A stretch of 64,000 bases of DNA from Paragordius varius. Lineage: Eukaryota > Animalia > Nematomorpha. Shown here piece by piece: positions 48,348-61,100 of the stretch. A program made the translations under genes and the position numbers. How positions within the stretch are numbered: position 1 is the stretch's first letter; each line of letters starts with the position of its first letter. The DNA lies in NCBI GenBank assembly GCA_964247055.1, contig OZ176052.1, positions 12,338,001-12,402,000 on the forward strand, written 5' to 3'. Under the pieces are notes generated by a model, which was not told the DNA's origin, ran no database searches, and was given only the letters and a program-made list of their open reading frames with translations.

Positions 48348-49239
48348 AGATAAAGGCTAATTTTGTACCTACTGAATGCAATATACAAGGGTTAATTAAT
48401 AACTTCCATCTAGCCTAACTCAACACATTTGTGATATAAATTATTATATTATATTCGACATTATAAAACGATATTTTTTTTGATCACAAAAAACTGTAAA
48501 ATAAATGCTCAGGAAACGAAATGCCTTTAATTTTACCTAATATCATCAATTTTTAAATCATAATCAAAATAATAATTGGACCATTAACTACATACATATA
48601 TGCAGCATTTATTACAATTATTACGCAACTATATCACCACGTTTGAATTTATTTTTTATTGAATTAATTTTTTTACAAATTTGTTTTTGTCATCGGACTT
48701 TGTTATCGGTAGAGACAGTGTATAACTAAAACATACTAACTATAATGACTATTTGAAAAGTGTATTCTTCCAACTAACAAAAGATATGTGTAAATACAAT
48801 ATTTATATACATTACATATTTAAAAGTAATTATAATTGGATAATGAGAGAATAAATATTATTATACAATAATTAAATTTATTTACAATGAATTTAATGGA
48901 TGAGTCATTTATAAGTAAGCGAAAGTCTAAGTAGAAAAAATTGAAATTGACTACCTATGTATGAAATATTATATTGATCCTTTTGGGAAACTAATACAAA
49001 TAATTCTGATAAATACAACAACTCAATATAATATTATGGCTACATCATTTAATAATAAAATTTCAGCTTGGAAATTTCGTCTTTTTAACATAAAATGAAA
49101 GCATAAATTTCGATCATTTGTAATAAAACGTAGGGGGCATTAATATAGAGATTTAATGCTTTGATATATATATAAAGAGAGGCCTGTTCTGCATAATTAA
49201 TTATATCATAATCGTTTGCCACAATTTAAATGCAACGAC

Positions 49240-52200
49240 TTAGTTGTTATTTGAAATTAGAGAGGTGTATGGGTTAATTTTAGATGGTGCTGCTATAAAT
49301 GAATGCTGTTGACTATTTTGCGGATTGTTATTGTTGAAAACAGGCAAAGCGGCAGCTGTATTCATAGTTTGTGGAATCGTTGCCATGGTAACCGACGTTG
49401 AATCCTCAGAAATGGCAGGATTTATCATTCCTTCTCCCGCCGTCGTTGTTAGCTCCAATCCAATCAGCTGGAGATCATCTTGAAGGGGGCTATTTGTGGT
49501 AGTAGCAGGAGAAACTGCAGGTGTCTTTTTCCCACAACACGTTTTGGGTGCACAATCGAGTGTCCCTCCACACAATAAAAGACATCTATAAAATAATGCA
49601 TGAGAGCGGTCACCCTTGAAAAATTCAAATTCACCCTTGAAAAATAAATTATGAAACTTCGGTCTAATATAACGCACTCCATTAAAATTAAATATATTTT
49701 TATGGGCCAGTTTATTATTTTTTCAGTATTATTTTGATTACATACAAAATTTCGTTTTTTTATAAATATAAAAAATATAGGTAATATATAATCATAAAAA
49801 ACACATAATTTATTTTAGGGTGAATTTGAACTGTAAATGGTATATTAAAAAAGATTACATCACATGTTTAACAAAGAGTGTGCTAATATTTTTGGGTGAA
49901 AGTCCGAATTAGCATAAATGTTTTTGGATTTGTTTTGTGACAAATATTTTTTATCCTAACTTTATTTAAACTAAAAAAAATGGGGCGCAGAAGGTAAGGT
50001 TTTTTTGTAATGAGCCATAATTCGAAAAAATTTTTATCAAATGATTTTGATAAATATGGGTTAAGAGACTCTCCATTCAATATTTAAAACCTGATTGGTT
50101 ATATAAGGAAATAAGTTGACATAATATGCTAATTTATTATTAAATTGTAGCTTTTTTGAAAAATTTAACTCCTACGCTTTATCTCTTTGAAAGCTATTGA
50201 TTAAAAAAATATGATTGGCTTTAAATTTGGTTTGTGAATTTAGGAAAGGGCAAAATAAATAATTTATTAAAAAACGGAAAATTAAGAGCGATAAATATAA
50301 GATACTAGTCTAGGGGTCAAAAAATCCTTTTTTACTCAAAAATTGCCGATAAAAATAGAATTATATGGGCGATCAAAAAAAATTATTGATGTTTTAAACA
50401 ACCAAAGTGGTTTATTATCAACTTGCTATAAAATAAAACAAAAATATTATTTATCTAATCTCTGATTTGTCTGTGCGTAAATGATTTATCTATGTTAAAA
50501 CGCAAAATAAAAGAAAAGCGACTATAAATAATATCACGTATGAAAGAAGGCGATATATTATTTCCGCGTACTTTATAGCTAAAGCAAAAAAAAATATTCA
50601 AAATTAACCAGTGCCGATAACACATAAAAAAACCTTTGAAAAATCGTAAAAAATATTTCTATCAATTTTTTTGACCAAACTGACAATGTGAATTTCAAAA
50701 ATTTAATCATTCAAAACATAACTATTAGGAAAAAATATTTGATATTTTGCTATTCACCTATATCTGACCCTAAATTATTTACATAAAGATGTCTTATTTG
50801 AAAATATGATATCCATATCTAAAACAAAATTACAAAAATCTACTATACAAATTTCACAAATAATATTTGTGTTTATACAGGTTAATAATTAAAAGGGTGT
50901 CCAACAAAAATGAATTCGTAAACCGCATTCATAATTTAGTCTTTATATTTTTTATCCATTTAATAATAATAAGTTTTTAAAATTAGTCATTACACTAAAA
51001 TGTATCAATTGCAACATTACACCCTATATATCCAAAAATATACTTTTACTTAACACAAAAAACTTTTACGAATCGTTTAATGCATTTATAAATATCTATA
51101 CAACTAGAAATATTTTTTAAAAAAAGGCAAAACCCCCAAAATTTTTATATATAAATAAGAAAAAAATGGCAACTATTATGATTGAGAAGAAAAACTGATA
51201 TATAGATAAAAACCAACTTTTCTTCCTCTTCAGTCAAGGGCATTTCCACAAACTCGGGTTGAATCGTAGTTGAATGTATCCCTTCTCGATGGAAAAAATC
51301 TTTAACTTTCCCAGCAATGCTCATGTAATCAGCCACGTTTCGGCATTGAATGTGTGCTGAAGCAATGATTCTATTACCAGCCAATTGCCAAACATGGAAT
51401 TCATGAACAGCTAAAACACCATCAACACTGCGTAACAATTTTTCCCTCAACTCATCAACCTTGAGGTGTGAAGGAACCGTTTGTAACAGTATAAGGGCAG
51501 ATTCACGCAACAAAGGCAAAGTGGTAGCCAGTATTATGGCGACAAGCACGAGACTCATACACGGATCAATGTAATAGCGCCAATCTCCTTTAAAGTACAT
51601 GATAGATAGAGCACTGATTATAACGATTACTGAGCCGAGCGCATCTCCAAACACGTGGAGAAACACGCCTCGCATATTGAGGTGTGTGGCAGAATGTTGA
51701 ACGTGTTTTTCATGTGACTTGCCACCGTCTTCAGAGTCGCGCATAAACGGAGCGTGACTTTTGTGGTCTGAATTACTATTATTATGAAAAGAAACGGTTG
51801 TGGAAGGTGGAGGACCATTTAGACTTGTTTTGGAACCTGGCAATCATATGTATGCGGTTAGTAAAAACAAAAAATGAATGGTATAAAATTAAATTCATGT
51901 TTATAAACCTAAAATCGGGAGGCAGACGACAAAAAGAGTTAGTTTGAATGGCAAAAATAAAGTGGTGAAAATATGTTATTGTAGTTTTTATTATATACTC
52001 TCAAAAACTTCTTTATCTAATACGCATATATTTTATCATGCTATGAATCACTTTAATTTGAAAGATATATATTATATATCAGTGTATTTTATTCACCTGA
52101 ATTTGGGTAGAAAGCACCGTTGGGCAAGTGTGATTTCGAATGCATACGCTCATCATCCAATTTTGTTTTATCGTTAATAGTATTTTGCTGTGAATCCATG

Positions 52201-53067
52201 TCTTCACTCACAGTTCTGCAGAAAATTGAATTATCAACGTCAAAACAAATTAATATCATTATTATTAAAAAAATTTTGTTTTAGTTTGGATTAATAAATA
52301 TTTTAACGGTAGAATACTAAGATTACATCAGTCAAAAAAGACAGCTATAAATTTTGTGAAAGAAAATCTATATATATTCATTTTACTTGTAATCATTTAT
52401 ACTGTAAGCGTCATTAACGTCGTTCTGCATATCGACTGCCGCATCAATAAACCTGGCACCGCTCATATTGAGTTTATCAAAAGAGCCCAATCTTTCCCGA
52501 GACCCTTTTCTATTAATGTCCAATATATTGGAAGAATCTTTGTAAGTTGGTTCTAAAATAGTTGAGCAAATTAAAAAAAATTAAAAATGAATTATCCAAA
52601 TCATAAAATTTAAAAAACATACCAATGTGAGCATGGGAATGGCCATGTGAATGTCCATGAGAATGACCATGGAATAAGGCAAGACCAATAATGTTAACTA
52701 CTAAACCAAGGCCTCCTATAAGCAAAAGAAGTTTATAATCGTGCACTTTTTCCAGCACAATAATCCGTTTAATAGCCTCAACAAATATGGAAAAGCAAAG
52801 AGCTATGAGAAAAACTGCATTTACCAATGCACCAAGGACTTCAGCTCTGGCCCATCCAAAAGTGTTTTTCTTAGAACGGCGTCTAGAAATCCGAACAGAA
52901 AAAAATCCGATCAATAAAGCCATGACATCCGATAACATATGAAAAGAATCTGCAACTAAAGCCATTGAATTAGTAATATATCCCACAACTATCTCAATAA
53001 AGAAAAACATAATTGTAAGGGCCAACATGGTTAATAAGCGACATGTTTTCCCCGAATATTTTCCCAT
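49240..53067 (-). CDS. SLC30A1: Zinc exporter ZnT1/ZnT63C-like (CDF family); exons 53067-52623, 52552-52387, 52215-52097, 51836-51218, 49585-49240
   Basis: MGKYSGKTCRLL; DSFHMLSD (TM2) and LHVFGD (TM5) give the HD-HD zinc site; NTFGWARAEVLGAL; (GHSH)n loop; HEFHVWQL, FFHREGIHSTTIQPEF; Cys-rich C-terminus CLLLCGGTLDCAPKTCC. Real start is ATG 53067, not the TTG used in the ORF track. Confidence 0.95.
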
Positions 53068-54999
53068 CACGCTTGACTTCAAATCCAAGTGTTTTTATGA
53101 CACAATAATAGAATCGTAAAACTATCAAGTAAAAAATGACTTCTTTAAAATATATATTTTTATTCATCAATATTTATTATTAATTTAATATATTTTTACC
53201 GAATAATTTAATTTAAAATATTAAGCGCATTAAATAACACTTTATTAAATTTTGGTAAAAAATGGTTTTGTAAACCAATATATATTTAACAAAAATTTAA
53301 AAACTATTATGATCAATGTTTTGCATCGTAATGATAAAAATGTTTTTGTAATATTTTAGCGCCTTTTTTACCGTTTTCATTATGCCCCAGTATAAAGTAC
53401 GCTTCAACATAATTTTGCTGGAAATTAGATTTTGGAAAATATGCCTATTTTAACTATTATTAATTGATATCAAAATTACATATATTTAAATTTTTTATCC
53501 CTTATCTGGACATTGCCTATATTTTAGGAGAGCTTTTTTAGAAGCGCAAAATAATTTGGGACTTTCGGCGGCATCTATAAATTAAATTATTTTAAAAATA
53601 TGTTTTGCTTTCAAATGTAATTTATGTACATAGACGATAAAATGTCTTGATGAAATTAATATATTCTCATTATAGAAATATATTTTTGGTCTTTACGAGT
53701 GATATAAAGTTATATTTATTTTTATGCTCAGTGTAAAAATGGCGAAATTTGATTATATTTTTTGCAATAAATTTAAATGATTAAAGCTAAATGCTTTATT
53801 CCAAAAAATATCACTTAAATATAAATACTTATAACAAGCAAAACAATATTGTTATAATATTTTAATTTATAGATGTGTGCTCGAAAGTGCCTAATTTGTT
53901 TCTTTTTAAAAAGTTCATAAAAATAAACGCGAAAATGCGGAATTTATAAATTTCAAAACATTTTTTAAAAAATGAACTTTTAGAAAAATTCTATCAAACT
54001 GAAGCGTACTTCTACTATTTTTAGTCATGATTAAGGTGACCAGATTTTTTAGAGGAAAAAGCGGGACAAATCTCAGAAGGGGGAGGGTCATTGGAGGGTG
54101 CAACCAAATATTTTTATACAAAAAATTTTTTGTAAATATATATCTATTTTTAACACAAATACATTATAAATATAGGAAAATTTGTACCTCACAGTTTGTA
54201 CCTTATTCAATAAATTTTACATGTGCACGAACAAAGGGTGAAGTGATTGATTCTAGAAAATATAATAAAGACGAAATCATCACAAAGTGCGCTGGGTGAT
54301 GCAAGAAGCAGCACAAAAAATATTTTTAACAATTTAGCGAATAATCTTAATCAAAACATTATTGGCAGATACACAAAGCTATTCAAACAGCTACTGATTT
54401 GTTACCCCTGGATGTGGAAAATATAGATGTTAAAATGCTTGGATATTGTAGAACTGTTGGTTAGCTCTTTTGCCAGCGATTGAAATATTTATAAAAATGT
54501 GATCTCCTGAATCCTATTTTTTATCACAGGACAAAGGTCAAAATTTCAAGTCAAAAAAGGTTAGAAAATAATCTTATACATTACCTAATTATAAAACATC
54601 CAGAAAAACAAGGCTCAATGAATAGTCATATAAAAATGTTTTATACAAACAGAAACGATTATTTGGAAGACAAGACGGTGCACAATGACACTTTTCTATA
54701 AAGTCTCATTATTAAATAAATATATGAAAACTTATTATGGACAACAGAAACAAATACGTAGGATAGAAATGGTTAAAATAATCATTTTAAACAAATTATG
54801 TTCCTTACAATAATATTTTAATTGTAGAATTTGATTTATCTTTACCTGAACCACTGCTATTGAACGCGTTTTTCCACATTAAATTAAGTAAGGACACGGA
54901 ATCAAATTTAAATGTTGAATAAAAGCCATTTTATGATATAATTTGACAAATTATGAAGACTTATACAATAATTTAAGTAATTTTGTCTTTAAAGAAAAA

Positions 55000-56830
55000 A
55001 TTTTATTTGATATATTTTTTGTTTGAGTGAAGGTGTTTTAGTAGATTGTCATCATTTTTTAAAATATCGTAGAAGTCTTCACAAGAATTTGTCAAATTAT
55101 ATTTGACAGATAAAACGGCCTCTAAAGTTTCAACATTTAAATTTGATTTTTCCGATGTCCACACCTTATTTACTGTAGAACGCGCTCAGTAGCAGCGTTG
55201 GTTCCAGGTAAAGATAGTGCGAATTCCACAATTTTTAAAATATTATTGTATGTAATATAGTTGGCTTCAAAATGATGAAATATTTCCAACCATTTCTTTT
55301 CTGCTGTATGTTTTTCTGTCCATAATTTAAGTTTTTCATTATTAATATATCTTTTAACTAATGATACTTCAGAAAAAAGATCATTTTCTGAAAGATTACT
55401 TTTTGAGAATTTTTGGAAGCAGATATAATCAAATGATTTTTGAACATCGTACCAATTATATTCTGATTTTAATGTTATCCAATGAAAATGATCAATTTCA
55501 TTGAATTGCGACGTCCAGTCTTCCAAATAATCTTTACAGTTTGTATGAAACATTTTTATATGGTACAGGATATCTTGGCGATTTATTAATCCTTGTTTTT
55601 CTAAATTATTTATATTGCGGATGGTTAATGGTATAAAATTATTTTCTAACCGTTCTTGACATTGGAATTTTAGGTTACTAACTTCATTGGCTAATTCGAT
55701 TGCCGAAATTTTGTCACCTTCTATAAATTTAATAACATTATGAAAGATAGAAGCTTAATTATGTAAGAATTCTAACCATATTTTTAAAGAATCACTTTCA
55801 AAACCTTTTTTAAAGTTGTAGGACATTTGTATTATGATAAAGAAAAGATTTTAAAGGATCATACATTTTTAAAATTCTTTCGATAGCTGGCATAAAAGCT
55901 AACCAACGAGTTTTACAATATCCAAGCATTTTTTGATATTAAACTTCTGTATGTTCACAGAATTCTTTTAGCGTTTCAACAGGTACCGTCTATATATAAA
56001 AATAGGAATATATTTTAACAACTACATTTTCCACATCTATGGGTACAAATCAGCAGCTGTTTAAATAGCGTTGTGTATTATATGCGCTGCACACCCAACG
56101 CCCATAATGTTTTGATTAAGATTATCTGTAATTTATGAAAAATATTTTTTGTTCCCCTCTTGCTTTTCCACCAAAGTTCGTATTGGTGTTGTCAGCGCAA
56201 TATGCGATAATTTTGTCTTTTAAATTATTTTTTACTAGAATATGCATTATTGTTCAGAAACTTCACCGGGTAGGGAAATTAAATCTAAAATTTTAATTTT
56301 TACTCCGGTTTCTGAATCAAAATATCTTATCAAAGTTAAAATAATTTTGTTTCATGGTGATTTGATGTTTCAGAGTATAGGAATAAGAAATTAATTTTTA
56401 GCAAATCTTTTTGTTTTAGAAAATGTATGTGGCGAAAGGACATTGCACACAATGGCTTCAGCCTTTGTACGGGCACATGTAAATTTTTCATGGAATAACG
56501 TGCGAATAACCTGTAAGGTACAGTATCTAAAGGAATGATTGTAAACGGCGTGAAAAGATAACACGCCCTCAGCTAGTGCCAAATTCTTTTCTTCCTCTCC
56601 AAAAGCGGTTTTAAAAAAATCGCTCATTTTGTAAGATGATGCCGCCATATCTAAATATTTTTTATGTTTCTCTGTTTCCATATGCTTTGTAATATCATGC
56701 TTGTTACCATGTGCTAGGGTGAATTCCCCCTCGCATATAAGACATTTAACAGATGATTCTTTGTTCGTTTTTTTGATAAAAGGAAAATCTTTCATTAATT
56801 CATCGTTTAATTTACAACCAATCTCTTTTT
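55000..56830 (-). pseudogene. hAT transposase pseudogene
   Basis: BED-like finger KCLICEGEFTLAHGNKHDITKHMETEKH (56391-56795); RWL-like region near 55900; dimerisation motif LSLPGTNAATERV (55170-55553); many stops and frameshifts. Confidence 0.85.
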
Positions 56831-56845
56831 GAGCTCATTAAACTA

Positions 56846-57260
56846 CTATTAGTATAATAAATATTATATTGCCTTAATCTGGAATAAACGTGTAAGGTAC
56901 CGATTTGTGGTATCAATTTGTCTTTTAAGCTACCGATTTGTGGTATCAATTTGGCTTTTTAATAATGTTGGCAAGTAATAAAACTAAAATATTAGTATAA
57001 TATATATTATATTACTTTAATTTTCTGGAATAAACGTGTAAGGTACCGATTTGCGGTATCATTTTCTCTTTTAAGCTACCGATTTGTGGAATTAATTTGG
57101 CTTTTTAATATGTTAGCAAGAATAAAACTAAAATATTAGCATAGTAAATATTATATTACCTTAATCTTCTGAAATAAACGTGTAAGCTACCGATTTGGTA
57201 TTAATTTGTCTTTTAATCTAGAGATTTGTGGTATTATGGCTTTTTGATAATGATGACAGT
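56846..57260. repeat. Three ~145-bp tandem units in the 5' subterminal region of the hAT element
   Basis: GAATAAACGTGTAAG-like anchors at 56881, 57027 and 57171; each unit has an internal duplicated TACCGATTTGTGG. Confidence 0.9.
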
Positions 57261-58139
57261 AGTAGTAGGAAGCAAATTGTATATTCACATGATATAAATT
57301 CGAAAAAAATAAATATTTTTAATTTAAAAATAAAAATTTTAATTTAAAATTGAATAGATTTTAAAGATATTTAATGATAAAAAAATTAAACGGATAAAAA
57401 AAATTATTTGCCTTAAAAATAAATTTTTTTACCTATCCGTGAAAAAGCGGGACATTTTAAAAACGTAGCGGGACGCGGGACAAAGTGTGGAAAAGCGGGA
57501 CGTCTGGTCACCTTATCTTTAACACAAAATTATTTATAACAAAATTAAAAAATTATTATTCATAATAAATTCAACCAATAAATCTATTTTGGTAAAAAGG
57601 ATTTATTTTCATTTTATACGCTCTCCTTTAAAATTACGGAGGGTACTATGTAATTAATAAAGTGTAATACGATTTTTTATTAACTCTTGATAATTATTAC
57701 GACCAAATCTTAAAAGGGCCTTTTGCAATATTATTATTACAGCGATAAGGAGTTTTACCATTTATAGGCGGTAGTAATATTAATTTTTTTGGAATTTCCA
57801 TTTGTTTATATTAATAAATCTCCGACAATGTTTAGTTGAATAAAGAAAACTTGAAAATTATATTTTATGGCTTATAGCCTCCGGATTTCTTTTGGATCTA
57901 ATAAATTTTTTATATTAATGTATGTACAATATTTTAAACAGGGCCTTTGAAAATACTCTGCATTTTAGGGTAGCGCTTAAGGTAGTTTTATTTAATTAGG
58001 TTTTATATTGATTATGTATTATAGTGTTATTTTAAATGACATCATCGTTACATAGCGATGAAGGGTTTATATTAACTTTGCTTTGATTGTTGAATCATAA
58101 AAGTGTTTTAATATTATGAACTTTAAAACATTTTTAACG

Positions 58140-61100
58140 ATGTGTTGTTGTTGTGGGAGTTGTTGTGTGGGAGGAGAGGCAGAAGAAATTGTCAGGAACG
58201 CTGGTGAGGAGGGGACAACAGCTGATTCAAGGAGGAATCGAGTCTGTTGTCCCCGGTGGAAGAAACCGTGGGGGTTCTTCCACAAGAGGAGGGTGGATCA
58301 TCTGGGTAAGATTCTTTAAATATTTCTTGCTTGCTGCTTTTAAGAATGCAAGTTTAATTTATCCTAATGCTAATTAATTATTGTTTAGATGGCGGTGACG
58401 GGGAGCATGAGAAGAATTGGTTAGGAACCCTGAGAAAGGTGTTCCGTAAGAAGCCTCGTCCCCCTCCAGGTATTATAAGCCTACAATTTTTTAAGAAATG
58501 TCGTGTGCTACGGCAAAGTTGGTAAATCTTTTTTACTACCCAATCACTTTGTGAAATACTATTTTTAAACCTTTAATAATAATCTACAAAACCAAAACTT
58601 TTATCAGTTATAATAATAATAATATAAATTCAATTTTATATTTCATCATAGCGATGATCGTAAAATCTGTATCATAATAAGGATAATTTATGGATGTATA
58701 AAGTTAATTACCTTGCAAATTCATAAGCGAATAAAAAAATTGTGTTAAAAAAACGTTAATCTTAATATAGAGAAAATGATTTAAAATACTAGTTCCGTTG
58801 CTCATCAAGTTTTCATTTAAGGTTTCGATATGTATTAAGGTTTTTATTTGTAAAAAATAATATCGATCAGATTTAAGCGTACAAGATAGTCGAATAAATT
58901 AATATTTTTGTATTATATATGGTGGTTTGTTTAATTATATATTTAGATGCCAAACAAGAAAAACCAGGAAATGAATCAGGTAAATACAGAAAAATATATA
59001 TTAATATTTAAGTACGAAGAATGTTTTGATTAACATGCCAATTATAATCAATTTAAATCGATTCTAACAAAGTTTGATATTCAAATTACCATTTAGTTGT
59101 TGTTATTACAGAAAAATATTTTTTATTTAGTTTACTACAGTACCTTGTCTCCAAAAGAGGGCGCTGGTGATTTCGTCGAGCCTGCCCAAACAAGTATATT
59201 AAAAATATAATGTCATAAAATTAAATTAGGACTTTTCTTTGTTTAATAATTTAATTATCAGTTTGGTAAAACGTTTGTAATTGGAAAAAATATCATTTAA
59301 TCAAAAATAAATTTAATTTTAACTTTAACTCTTTTATAGAAAACGAGAAATCGGCTTGCAAAACTTCATCATCTCCGTTCGGTTCTGCTAAAAGTTGTTG
59401 GCATGAACGCACATGTATGATTTAAAATTATTTTAATATTTAAAAGGGAAAAAATTGTTTTAATTAAGACATTGATCAAAGAAAATTTAATTTATTGGTC
59501 TATAAATGTTAGATTTACATAAAAAAGGAGAAATTGATTTAAATATCAGACACTTTATAAATACCAACTGGAATTTATAGACTATAAAAAAAACATGGAT
59601 TAAAAACGAAAATACATACCACTAGCAAAAGTTAAATATTGGTTTATAAAATCGTATTAAACAAGAAAAATACTTTTACAGTATAATAAATATGCATTCG
59701 ATTGAATTAAGCTAGAATATCCATACGTTATATTTTAAAGAATATTAAATCTATTAAACATTTGTATAAATATATAGGATATAGTCGATTGGATTTATTT
59801 TATCTGTTAATGCCAAATATATCTTCACTTTATTAAATACATATCTTTATATAAACTTATCATTATATCCCTAGAAGTCAACCCGACCCCCGACGCAAGT
59901 AGACGGCTGTCACTGAACCACCATTGACTGGTGTTTGGAAGGGCAGCAAGGGACGTCTTTTGTGGACAGTGGCGACGTGGGTCTGCTACACCCTTTTCTT
60001 GATACACCTTGATTTATAAAATATATGGAAATTTATTTAAAAACGTGTCATACCAAATATATAAATAAAAAATGCGTATGGTTTTGTTCACTATAAAGGA
60101 TGTCCGTTTTCTCAGCGTTAAAATATAAGAATGGATGTAGAGACAATGGTTATTTTAAATATAATTTCTAAAAATATTTATTGTTCTTTTCCTCTATATT
60201 GAAATCACAAGTTAACACCTTAGAGGATAAAACCAATTAAATTTACAAGACATAAGTTGTAAAACTAATTGAAAAAAACCAAAAACAAAAAATTATAATA
60301 ACCGAGGGAACAACACTCAGTTGAAAATAAAAGAGTCTATATATACTATCGTGTCGTAAAATAAATAATTATATTTTAAAATTATTATAATAATTGTTAC
60401 AATTTATTTATAAAATATGCAATAAATACTTTAGCCTCCAATAATCATGGTGCAGTTGATCCTCGCAAAGATGTAAGAGTAAATTTGTGTTTTATAAACT
60501 TATTCGATTTAAAAAAAATTGATTTTAGTGGATTTTATTTTTTTAATTTTTAAACTTTTATTTTTTTCGAAACAATAAAGGTTATCAATGACTTCCCGTC
60601 CAAATATAATGTCTGCAAAAAACTTGGAGAAGGGTATTTTTATTTAGTTTATAATACTTTATGAGAGTGTAGGTTGATTACTTAATAAATATATATTTAT
60701 TTTTAGGGCCTTTGGTACTGTATTCCTGGCCAAAGATCGTAAAAAGAATACCGTAGCATTAAAAAAGATAAAACTTAAGAACCAACACCTCGACCACGAT
60801 ACCGTCAATGAAATATTTTTACTGATGAATCTTAAACATCCCAACATTGTCAAATATCTTAATTCCAGTTTCTCAGGAGACAGTTTATGGGTAAAAGACT
60901 TATCTTATCACTTGAATTAATATTTATAATATGTGTCATTTCGCTCTTTATTAGTTTGCCTTTTCCATTATGTACAGATCATTATGGAGAATATTAATGG
61001 TGTCACTTTGTGGGATTTGAATCGTCGGAAGCTTTGCGAACCTGTACTAGCCTTAATCTGCCAACAGGTTAATTTTAGTTTTGTCTCACCAGCATCCAGA

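Larger units (their letters stand above)
54032..57515 (-). mobile_element. hAT DNA transposon (Blackjack-like), degenerate
   Basis: TIR TAAGGTGACCAGA at 54032 and its complement ending 57515; subterminal GCGGGAC repeats; no 8-bp TSD preserved. Confidence 0.85.
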
